The position numbers and the translations under genes are program-made. 64,000 bases of DNA from an uncultured bacterium (lineage in GTDB: Bacteria > Armatimonadota > Hebobacteria > CAIYQO01): contig CAYYJR010000002.1 in assembly GCA_964472305.1 (NCBI GenBank), positions 38,882 to 102,881 on the forward strand, in the 5' to 3' direction. Positions 52,101 through 60,369 of the stretch are shown piece by piece (positions within the stretch are counted from its first letter, which is position 1; the number at the start of each line of letters is the position of its first letter). The notes under the pieces were generated by a model, which was not told the origin of the DNA, made no database searches, and saw only the letters and a list, made by a program, of their open reading frames with translations.

Positions 52101-54081
52101 ACCCAGCGCATATCATGCACGCATCATGGCCGTGCTGGAGGAATACCGGGACAAGGAGCCGCGTCCTGGCGCCGACCGGCGCCACCTGCGCCGGCTGTGG
52201 TGCGAGTTCGTCTTCCCATTGCGCTGGCACCTGTCGCTGTCGATTTTTCTCTCGCTGCTGATCACCCTGCAACCCTACGTCTGGACCTTCATCCAGCGCT
52301 TCGTGACCGATGACGTGGTGGGAGTGGGGATCATCTACTCCCCGTCGGATTTGCTGACCCACTCGGTCTCGTTGCTGTGGTGGCAACTGGCGGCGTATCA
52401 GTGGATTATCGTGCTGTTCTTCATCAACAGCGGTATCCACTGCACGTCCATCATCATTTCCTATCGCAACAGCTACAACATCACGGCGATCGGCCAGCGC
52501 ATCGTTTTCGATCTGCGCAAGGCGCTGCATGAAAAGCTGCAGACGCTACCGCTGTCGTTCTTCGACCGCACGCAGACCGGACGCTTGCTGACGGTGGTGC
52601 TCGACGACGTCGCTACCATTCAGGGCAGCATCACGAACATTTCCATCAACGTCTTCACCCAGACGGCCAGCATCATCGTCGGCATGGCCATTGTCTTTTC
52701 CATCAACTGGAAGCTGGGGTTGCTGGTGCTGGTGGCGATTCCCGGTTACGTGATGAACTACCGCTATTTCCGTCCGCGCTTGAAGGAAGCGAACATCGCC
52801 GCCCGCCGGGCCACCACCGCGCTGTATAACCGCGTGGAGGAGCGCGTGACCGCCATCCGCACGGTGAAGGTCTTCGGACGCGAACGGCCTGAAAGTCGCG
52901 TCTTCGCCGAGTCGGCTTACAACCTGGCGCGGTTGACCATGTATATCGTGCGGCTGGGCAACTGGCAGAACATCATTGCCACCGCCGTCAGCGCGATGGC
53001 CACCTTCATCCTGCTTTACATGGGCACGCAGGAGTTCATTCACTTCATCACGGTATTCGACGCAACCTTGAAAGCAGAGTTGGCGAAGGGGCTGACGAAA
53101 AAAGCGGCAGAGCACATTGCGACGGCAGCGGCGTCAGCGGTCGGCATGAGCGCAGGCGAGGTGTGGCAGGTGTTTCGCTGCTCGCTGTTCCTCTTCACGC
53201 CGGCGGTGGCGCTGAATGATCTGACCATTGAAATTCAGCGCGTGGGAGTGGTGTTGCGCCGTATCTTCGACCTACTGGAAGCGGAACCGGAACCACCAGA
53301 CCGCGAGAGCGCCGTTGCGCTGGACGACGCACAGGGAGATATCCGTTTTACCGATGTCACCTTCACCTATCCGGACGACGAGCATCCGACACTGTACAAT
53401 GTCAGCTTCCAGGCGCCGGCGGGCAAGCAGGTGGCGGTGATGGGGCCTAGCGGCGCGGGGAAGAGCACGCTGCTGTATCTATTGATGCGCTTTTACGATC
53501 CGGATTCGGGTGAAATTCGCCTGGACGGGCGCGATCTGCGCGAGATCAAACTGATCACCCTGCGCGACCGCATTACGCTGGTGATGCAGGAACCGGTCAT
53601 CTTCAGCGGCACCGTGGCGGAAAATATCCGCTACGGGCGGTTGGATGCCAGCGAGAAGGAAGTGCGCCGTGCCGCGCGCGATGCCGACCTGCACAACTTC
53701 ATCCAGACGTTGCCCGACAACTATGAAACGGTGGTCGGTGAACGCGGCATGAGCCTGTCCGGCGGTCAGCGCCAGCGCCTCGCCCTCGCCGCCAGCCTGC
53801 TTAGCCGGCCTTCGGTGCTGCTGCTCGACGACACCACCAGCGCGCTCGATCCCGCCACCGAAGCCCGCGTGCGCGAGACGCTCAATCGTCTGATGAAAGA
53901 CCGCACCTGCTTCGTGGTGACACACCGCATCTCCACCGCGCTGGCCAGTGATCTGGTCATCGTATTGGAAGACGGCAAACTCACCCAGTTCGGCGCTCCC
54001 AACGACCTGCTCGCCCAGGATGGCCTTTTCCGCCGTGTCTACGAACAGCAAACCCGTGAAAGCGCGGATTCAGCGGTGTGA
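52090..54081 (+). CDS. ABC exporter subunit (TMD-NBD), heterodimer partner
   Basis: GPSGAGKS, LSGGQRQR, LLLDDTT, THRI. Confidence 0.95.
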   Translation: MPSKPSAYHARIMAVLEEYRDKEPRPGADRRHLRRLWCEFVFPLRWHLSLSIFLSLLITLQPYVWTFIQRFVTDDVVGVGIIYSPSDLLTHSVSLLWWQLAAYQWIIVLFFINSGIHCTSIIISYRNSYNITAIGQRIVFDLRKALHEKLQTLPLSFFDRTQTGRLLTVVLDDVATIQGSITNISINVFTQTASIIVGMAIVFSINWKLGLLVLVAIPGYVMNYRYFRPRLKEANIAARRATTALYNRVEERVTAIRTVKVFGRERPESRVFAESAYNLARLTMYIVRLGNWQNIIATAVSAMATFILLYMGTQEFIHFITVFDATLKAELAKGLTKKAAEHIATAAASAVGMSAGEVWQVFRCSLFLFTPAVALNDLTIEIQRVGVVLRRIFDLLEAEPEPPDRESAVALDDAQGDIRFTDVTFTYPDDEHPTLYNVSFQAPAGKQVAVMGPSGAGKSTLLYLLMRFYDPDSGEIRLDGRDLREIKLITLRDRITLVMQEPVIFSGTVAENIRYGRLDASEKEVRRAARDADLHNFIQTLPDNYETVVGERGMSLSGGQRQRLALAASLLSRPSVLLLDDTTSALDPATEARVRETLNRLMKDRTCFVVTHRISTALASDLVIVLEDGKLTQFGAPNDLLAQDGLFRRVYEQQTRESADSAV

Positions 54082-54172
54082 TCGTAAATAGAATGAATGA
54101 TCCGTTGCCCTCGATCCCCCACCTGTTGCCGGATCAGTTTCACCTGAACCGCGCTGCTCGAGTGCCGTTGCT

Positions 54173-54298
54173 CTATGCGCCTCCACGCCGTTGCTGCATA
54201 AATATTCCACCGCAGTGAACGCATACCCCAGGATACGCATAAACACGCCTACCGATCAAAGGGATAAATAAGTCATTTTCCGGCGAATAATCGGTCAT
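54173..54298 (-). CDS. Putative 41-aa CxxC microprotein
   Basis: GGAG 6 nt upstream of ATG; MTDYSPENDLFIPLIGRRVYAYPGVCVHCGGIFMQQRRGGA. Confidence 0.35.
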   Translation of the reverse strand: MTDYSPENDLFIPLIGRRVYAYPGVCVHCGGIFMQQRRGGA

Positions 54299-54382
54299 GG
54301 CTGTCTCCGTCCCTGTTCCGTACATGCCATTTTTCGCCATTTTCGGGAGTAGTGCCGCTGCACAATCCTTTCGTCCGGAAAT

Positions 54383-54411
54383 TTGACGATAGGAGTGAAA
54401 TCTGTTACTGT
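54383..54411 (+). promoter_or_regulatory. sigma70-type promoter of the half-ribbon micro-ORF
   Basis: TTGACG-17 nt-TACTGT with TGn extension. Confidence 0.55.
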
Positions 54412-54441
54412 AGTTTGTGATTTTGGGAACGGGTGGCGAAG

Positions 54442-54576
54442 ATGGAAGTCCTCTTTGCGCCACACATGCATTGCACCAAAGGCTTTACGCCTCCGCCCCG
54501 TTGTCCCGACTGCCGCAGTGACCGTAACGCGGAACCCGTATCCGGCGGCAGTGCCGGGCGATCCCGCGGATGGTGA
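54442..54576 (+). CDS. 44-aa zinc-ribbon-related microprotein (not in the ORF track)
   Basis: MEVLFAPHMHCTKGFTPPPRCPDCRSDRNAEPVSGGSAGRSRGW; KGFT..PRCPDCR matches KGFTNTPGRCPDCR of 55995..56324. Confidence 0.6.
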   Translation: MEVLFAPHMHCTKGFTPPPRCPDCRSDRNAEPVSGGSAGRSRGW

Positions 54577-54586
54577 TCCGGCGATT

Positions 54587-54627
54587 ATGATGATGTCCTC
54601 CCGGATGCTGTTGGAGGACATCATCAT
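54587..54627 (+). terminator. 15-bp perfect hairpin after the micro-ORF
   Basis: ATGATGATGTCCTCC-11 nt-GGAGGACATCATCAT. Confidence 0.6.
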
Positions 54628-54694
54628 TGTGTCTGATCCATTGCGGTCGAAATCCGGTGCAGGCTCCGTATGTGGGAGCCGGGAGGGGCCAAAG

Positions 54695-55471
54695 GTGCCA
54701 TCGTCAGCGAATGCAACACAGGTGAATACGATCGATAACGCCGAGATGGTATGGATCGCTCCCGGCGACTTTCTCATGGGATCCAGCGATGCCGATATCG
54801 CCGCCATCATGGACCAACACCTCGATTGGCGTGCGGATTGGTTTGCGCAGGAGAAACCACAGCGCGTCATAACGCTTCCCGGCTATTGGATCTACCGCTT
54901 TCCGGTCACCGTGGCGCAATACCAGGCCTGTTGCCAGGCGACCGCGTGGCGGATGCCGGAGGCGCCGGAATGGGGATGGCAGGATGACCATCCGATGGTG
55001 AACGTCAGTTGGCAAGACATCAACCACTATGCCAACTGGGCGCAGGCGTCGATTCCGACGGAAGCCCAGTGGGAAAAGGCAGCGCGCGGCACCGATGGCC
55101 GCGCCTGGCCATGGGGCAATACCTGGGAGCCGGATTTCTGTGCGCATGCCGGCAATGCCAGTACCACCCAGCCTATCGGCAGTTATCCCGCCAACATCAC
55201 GCCTTTTGGCGTGCACGAGATGGTGGGAAATGTCTGGGAGTGGTGTCAGGCGGCTGCGGCAGGGGAATATGAGCGTCCGCCCGCGCGCATTCCGCAACGG
55301 CGCACCCCGTACGCCAGCGGGCACGTCCTGCGCGGTGGGTCGTGGCAATGTGCCTTCCCGGCCTTTCTGCGTTGCGCCTATCGCTGTTTCGAGTGCGACA
55401 CGCAACGGGGATACGGCTCCTATCATCGTCCGACGACCGGATTCCGTTGTGTGGTCATCCCCACGGCGTGA
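54695..55471 (+). CDS. Formylglycine-generating enzyme (SUMF1) family protein
   Basis: GDFLMGS, PVTVAQY, HPMVNVSW, PTEAQWEKAARG, GNVWEW, LRGGSW, GFRC; GGGAGG upstream of GTG. Confidence 0.92.
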   Translation: MPSSANATQVNTIDNAEMVWIAPGDFLMGSSDADIAAIMDQHLDWRADWFAQEKPQRVITLPGYWIYRFPVTVAQYQACCQATAWRMPEAPEWGWQDDHPMVNVSWQDINHYANWAQASIPTEAQWEKAARGTDGRAWPWGNTWEPDFCAHAGNASTTQPIGSYPANITPFGVHEMVGNVWEWCQAAAAGEYERPPARIPQRRTPYASGHVLRGGSWQCAFPAFLRCAYRCFECDTQRGYGSYHRPTTGFRCVVIPTA

Positions 55472-55478
55472 TCGGCAT

Positions 55479-55507
55479 TTGACAGCGCGGTGGGGAATCG
55501 TTACACT
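55479..55507 (+). promoter_or_regulatory. sigma70-type promoter
   Basis: TTGACA-17 nt-TACACT. Confidence 0.68.
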
Positions 55508-55609
55508 GCAGGTACTGTTTCGGCGTGGGTGGCCGTATGCATGATTCGTTCGCGCCACCAGGACTGCCCTCCCCGAGATGGTTATACCATCCGGAAGGAG
55601 GGCGCCTAT

Positions 55610-55798
55610 TTGCCCGATATCGAACTTATCTGTCCCGAGTGTCAACAGCCATTCCCCTATACCGAAGAGGAACAAGCGCTCAATGCCGAAAGCGCTTTTC
55701 CGCCACCCACCTTTTGCCCCACATGCCATCGTCAACGCAAAGCGGCGAAAGAAGAAATTCGCAATCGCCAACGGCGCGGTTCAAAACGTCGGCGATAA
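55610..55798 (+). CDS. Single zinc-ribbon (zf-trcl-like) protein with basic tail
   Basis: AAGGAGG upstream of TTG; CPEC..F.YTEEEQ...P.FCPTC followed by an R/K-rich tail. Confidence 0.85.
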   Translation: MPDIELICPECQQPFPYTEEEQALNAESAFPPPTFCPTCHRQRKAAKEEIRNRQRRGSKRRR

Positions 55799-55814
55799 GG
55801 CAACACATCGCTGC

Positions 55815-55843
55815 TTGCATTGTCACCTGATTCCAGGTATATT
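55815..55843 (+). promoter_or_regulatory. sigma70-type promoter with about 145-nt leader
   Basis: TTGCAT-17 nt-TATATT. Confidence 0.6.
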
Positions 55844-55994
55844 GTAATCGAGGGAGAATATCTCCCCCTACAACCGACAAGGTTCCACTTGATTTGGCCT
55901 CAGACTGGTTGTTCTTGCTCCGGCATAGCACATCCCTTACGCCATCCAGATCTCGACACCGTGACGGTCGTCAACACATAAAGGAGTGCATGCC

Positions 55995-56324
55995 ATGAGC
56001 TACACCGACAAAACTTTAACCTGCCGCGATTGCAGCAGCAACTTCGTGTTCACCGTGGGTGAGCAAGAGTTTCACGCCCAGAAAGGGTTCACCAATACCC
56101 CGGGACGCTGCCCTGATTGCCGCGCCGCGCATAAAGCGCAGAGCGGTTTCGGCGGCGGACGCAGCAGCGGGGGCGCACGCGAGATGCACAGCGCCACGTG
56201 TGCCGCCTGCGGCAAATCGTGCCAGGTGCCGTTCCAGCCGAGTGGTGAGAAGCCGGTCTATTGTTCCGATTGTTTCCAGGGACAGCGCAACAGCCGTCCC
56301 GACAGTCGGTCCTCACGCTGGTAA
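55995..56324 (+). CDS. Zinc-ribbon plus CxxC-x17-CxxC domain protein
   Basis: DKTLTCRDC..FVFTVGEQEF...KGF..P.RCPDCR; CAACG...VPFQP...KPVYCSDCF. Confidence 0.93.
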   Translation: MSYTDKTLTCRDCSSNFVFTVGEQEFHAQKGFTNTPGRCPDCRAAHKAQSGFGGGRSSGGAREMHSATCAACGKSCQVPFQPSGEKPVYCSDCFQGQRNSRPDSRSSRW

Positions 56325-56347
56325 TCGCCGCGCCACCCCATGCGCTG

Positions 56348-56381
56348 CCCTGTCTCCCGACATGCGTGTCGGGAGACAGGG
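56348..56381 (+). terminator. 15-bp stem hairpin after the zinc-ribbon gene
   Basis: CCCTGTCTCCCGACA-tgcg-TGTCGGGAGACAGGG. Confidence 0.55.
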
Positions 56382-56516
56382 TGCATGGTCGCATTGTCCC
56401 CTCCGGCATTCGGACGGATACGCCAGGAAGGTCGTATCACTGAATGAAAACGTTCGCCGACCAGACCGGATTTCGGTGTTGTTACACCGCTGGTCCGCAA
56501 CATTTACAAGGATTAC

Positions 56517-57785
56517 ATGAGCTTTTCACAATTTCCTCTGGACGAGCGCCTGCAACGCGCCATCACGGCGGCGGGCTTCCAGACCCCAACCCCGATTCAA
56601 GCTGCGGCCATCCCGGTTGCGCTGACGGGTCAAGATCTTCTGGGTACCGCGCAAACCGGTACCGGCAAAACGGCGGCCTTCGCCCTGCCCGTGCTGCAGC
56701 GCTTGTTGACGAATCCCGGTACGACGCGACAAACACGCGTCCTGGTGCTCACCCCAACTCGCGAACTCGCCGAGCAAGTTCAGGCCTGCATTCAACAATT
56801 GGCGGCACAGACCAAACTCCGCGCCGCCACGATTTACGGCGGTGTCGACATGGGCCCGCAGGTGCGCGCGCTACGCAACGGCACCGAGATTCTCGTGGCG
56901 TGTCCCGGCCGGTTGCTGGATCACGCCTCACGAGGCGCGGTGGACTTTCGGAGCGTGGAGTGTCTGGTGATGGATGAGGCGGACCGCATGCTGGACATGG
57001 GATTCCTGCCCGATATTCGCCGTATTATCGGTCTGCTGCCGCAGGAACGCCAGACGATGCTTTTCGCCGCGACCTTCGCCCCGGAGCTCAATCGTCTCGT
57101 GGCACAGACGCTGCGCGACCCGGCGCGGATTACCATGGCGATAACCACCCCGGCGCAGACGGTCACGCACACGATCTATCCGGTGCCGTCTACGCTGAAA
57201 ACCGCATTGCTCACCGCACTGCTGCGGGGCATTACCTCGGAGTCTGTGCTCATTTTCACCCGCACCAAGCACCGCGCTGACCGGGTGGCGGCTTGTCTGA
57301 CGCGCGCCGGATTCCCGGTGGGTGTCCTGCACGCCAACCGTACACAAGCGCAACGTCAACGCGCGCTGGCCGACTTCCGCGCGGGCACCGTTCCCTATCT
57401 CGTCGCCACCGATATCGCCGCCCGCGGCATCGACGTGTCGAGCGTGTCGCATGTCATCAATTTTGATATCCCCGATACCGCCGACACCTATATCCATCGC
57501 CTGGGGCGGACGGGACGGGCGTTGCGAACGGGGGAGGCCTTTACGCTCGTTACTCGTGACGACCACGAGACCATCCAGTTAATCGAGCGCACGCTGGGAG
57601 AACGGCTGTCCACGCAACACCTGGAGGGATTTGACTACCAGCAGACCGTGTCCGGTGCGGAAGTGATGCCGGACTCGCGTGGCGGGGGACGTACCGGCGC
57701 CAATGGTCAGCGACAGCACCCCGGAATGGCCTATCTCGCCTCGTCTGCCTTCCAGGAAGCGCTGGCGTCCGTACGACGAGCGTAG
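56517..57785 (+). CDS. DEAD-box RNA helicase (RhlE-like)
   Basis: Q motif TPIQ, AQTGTGKT, PTRELA, DEAD, ARGID, HRLGRTGR. Confidence 0.96.
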   Translation: MSFSQFPLDERLQRAITAAGFQTPTPIQAAAIPVALTGQDLLGTAQTGTGKTAAFALPVLQRLLTNPGTTRQTRVLVLTPTRELAEQVQACIQQLAAQTKLRAATIYGGVDMGPQVRALRNGTEILVACPGRLLDHASRGAVDFRSVECLVMDEADRMLDMGFLPDIRRIIGLLPQERQTMLFAATFAPELNRLVAQTLRDPARITMAITTPAQTVTHTIYPVPSTLKTALLTALLRGITSESVLIFTRTKHRADRVAACLTRAGFPVGVLHANRTQAQRQRALADFRAGTVPYLVATDIAARGIDVSSVSHVINFDIPDTADTYIHRLGRTGRALRTGEAFTLVTRDDHETIQLIERTLGERLSTQHLEGFDYQQTVSGAEVMPDSRGGGRTGANGQRQHPGMAYLASSAFQEALASVRRA

Positions 57786-57803
57786 GAATGCACCCAATGC
57801 AGC

Positions 57804-57836
57804 AAGCCCGCCGGATGTTTATCCGGCGGGCTTTTT
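57804..57836 (+). terminator. Rho-independent terminator
   Basis: AAGCCCGCCGGAT-gttt-ATCCGGCGGGCTT followed by TTT. Confidence 0.85.
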
Positions 57837-57860
57837 GTGTTCCTGGGCGGTTGCGCAGCC

Positions 57861-58460
57861 TTATTCGGTGGCGTCAGCGGCAACGGCGGTGGGTGTCGCC
57901 GTGCGAATGGGCTGGCGGATCAAGGCCACGCACTCCTCGGGACGATCCAGCAAGGTGCAGCCGGCGGGGAGCACGAAGGCTCCAGCCTCCAGCGTGTCGC
58001 CGATCGCCATCGCGGAAATGTTATAGGTCAAACTGTCGGGCACCACGCCGGCCGCACAGCTCAGGTGCAGCGCGTGCATGATGATTTCCAGCATGCCGCC
58101 TTCCTTGGCGCCGGCGGCTTCGCCCTCCAGCACCACCGACACGGTTACGTGTAGTTGCTCCTGCAGGGAGATGCGCTGAAAATCGACGTGCAAGGGAGTA
58201 TGGCGTAATGTGTCGCGCTGCACGGCCTTCACCAACGCCAGGCCGCTGTCCTGGCCGTCGATGGTCAGATTGACGAGCTGTGATCCGGAATGGCTCGCAT
58301 GCTCCATCAAACCGAAATGATGCCGGTCTAACACTAACGAGACCGAAGCACCATGGCCGAACACTGAGGCAGGAAGCAAACCCTGGTGGCGCAATTTGCG
58401 CGCGGCGTTGCTGCCGGTGTCCGTACGAAGTGAACAGGTCAACGTGGGATACGTCGTCAT
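57861..58460 (-). CDS. rplY: 50S ribosomal protein L25/general stress protein Ctc
   Basis: ARKLRHQGLLPASVFG, KAVQRD, LHVDF, GAKEGGML. Confidence 0.9.
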   Translation of the reverse strand: MTTYPTLTCSLRTDTGSNAARKLRHQGLLPASVFGHGASVSLVLDRHHFGLMEHASHSGSQLVNLTIDGQDSGLALVKAVQRDTLRHTPLHVDFQRISLQEQLHVTVSVVLEGEAAGAKEGGMLEIIMHALHLSCAAGVVPDSLTYNISAMAIGDTLEAGAFVLPAGCTLLDRPEECVALIRQPIRTATPTAVAADATE

Positions 58461-58645
58461 AATAAATGTCCTCTCTGGCACACAGATGGTTGGGGCTACC
58501 AGGGGAACTATCCGGGGAAACGAGGGCCACGCAGACAGTGCAACGGGAAGTCGCCACCCAAAGTGGGTCATGTGTCATATTAACAGCTATTGCGCCGTAT
58601 GTCCAATAACCGTCGCCGGGCGCGTCGCAAACGCGCCCGGCCAGG

Positions 58646-59926
58646 CTACACGGTACCGACCACCACTCTGTCGGCGGTCGAGGCAATCTCCGTCAGGCGC
58701 GGCGGCAACAGAATACGCTGATCGGTGCTCCGCGTATAATCGTGAAACACCTGCTCGGTGGTCAGCAACTGGAAGGTGCCGTCCGGCAGGCGGTGCGTGG
58801 TTTCCTTCAAGCGAGACACGGTATGCCCGCAGGTCCAGACTTTATAGCCGTGCATCATCGCGCACAGGCAGATTTTTTCACCCGGCTGGTCACTGTTCAC
58901 AGAGTGCAAACGTTCGTCATACGCGGTGCGATATGTGCAAGTTCCGGCCGGGTCCAATCCATACCCGAATGAGTCGCATTGGGGCGGAATGGTATTGCCG
59001 ATGGCAGGCGATCCCTTTAGCATGCGCATGGGGTAGCCGGTTGGCGAGAGCAAATTGACTTCCACATCTTCGGGTTCGGCGGTGAAGAACGCCTGCTTGA
59101 TGGCATCTGGTAGGCCGCTTTCCTCGGTGACCGTGAACCGCGTGGCTACTTGCACCGCCGCCGCGCCGGCTTGCATAAACGCGACCGCATCCGATCCGGT
59201 GAAAATGCCGCCGGCGGGGATAATCGGGATTCGCAATCCCTCCTGCGCCAGCATCCGCTGCACTTCGCCCACAATAGTCGCCAGGTCGAAGTCGCGCCAG
59301 GTGCAGGGAAATCCCAGATGACCGCCGGCTAACGGGCCTTCGATGACGATGTAATCCGGCAGCCGCTCGGCTTTTGCCGCACGATGCAGGAATAGTTTCA
59401 ACGCCCGCGCCGAGGAGACGATGATACCCAGCTTGATGTCGCGGAACCGGGGGTGAGCCTTGATCAGGTCCATCGTACCCAGGTGCAGTCCCGCGCTCAG
59501 CGTAATGCCGTCGATGCCGGCGTCCATAGCCGCGGTCAGTCGCGCCTGCAGGGTGGCGCGGGGATTGCCCATGGTGAGTTTTTCCATCACGTTGATGAAC
59601 ACTCCGCCGTCACCGCGTTTACGATTCATGACCGCACAAATATATTGGTGCGTCGCGGCGCACAGCGCCGTGATGTCAAACGTGGATATCGCGGTCTCGG
59701 GATGTGTCATCACCCGGCTTTGCGCGCGCTTGTCACGCACGAAACGTGTTCCGGCATGCCGGTCAACCACGGTGGGCAACATCGCGTCGGAGAGGTGGGC
59801 AATACCGCCCAGGTATGCTATGGCGAGAACCAGGTTCGGAGTTGAGACATCGACCCCCATCCCACCGACCATCAACGGTATGTAATGCTGCTGGCCAAGC
59901 GTTAAAGTAAAGTCATGAAGTTGAAT
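58646..59926 (-). CDS. Nitronate monooxygenase family (FMN TIM barrel) protein; start uncertain
   Basis: VGGMGVD, LSAGL, IEGPLAGGHLG, AGGI, VQVATRF, SPTGYP. Confidence 0.88.
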   Translation of the reverse strand: MQLHDFTLTLGQQHYIPLMVGGMGVDVSTPNLVLAIAYLGGIAHLSDAMLPTVVDRHAGTRFVRDKRAQSRVMTHPETAISTFDITALCAATHQYICAVMNRKRGDGGVFINVMEKLTMGNPRATLQARLTAAMDAGIDGITLSAGLHLGTMDLIKAHPRFRDIKLGIIVSSARALKLFLHRAAKAERLPDYIVIEGPLAGGHLGFPCTWRDFDLATIVGEVQRMLAQEGLRIPIIPAGGIFTGSDAVAFMQAGAAAVQVATRFTVTEESGLPDAIKQAFFTAEPEDVEVNLLSPTGYPMRMLKGSPAIGNTIPPQCDSFGYGLDPAGTCTYRTAYDERLHSVNSDQPGEKICLCAMMHGYKVWTCGHTVSRLKETTHRLPDGTFQLLTTEQVFHDYTRSTDQRILLPPRLTEIASTADRVVVGTV

Positions 59927-60369
59927 GATCGGCTCCTTCGGTGATGGGGCCACCCGACAACGGGCATGCGAACAACACCATAACATAATACCCGTTATTT
60001 GTCTCGACGAAAAGTGATACCGTACGAGCGGATGAATTTTCTCCTGATGCCACTTCTTTCTCCGCCTTTCCGGGAAAGGCAAGGCTCGTATTGAGCCAGT
60101 CGCCGGCGCACCTCCCGCGCAACCATGATATCCTTTCCTGCAAGGGAAGCGCATCGATGATGCTGCTTGCGGCACTGCGTTCAAAATGACCGGCGGTGAA
60201 TCAGGTGATCCCCGTGGGGAGCAAACAGTGTGGACGGGGATAAGCAATGACGTTTGAATATTTGCTTGCATCGATTGGTAAAGAAAGGGGATGAATATGG
60301 AATAGCCTATAATCACCGTCACCACTGAGGCTGGGATGCCGGCATTTTGACACGGGTGGGGAGCCGCTG

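Noticed and set aside
54383-54694. N-terminal extension of the FGE-family ORF
   Set aside because: Non-protein-like; it overlaps a promoter, a micro-ORF in another frame and a hairpin, and a good RBS precedes GTG 54695
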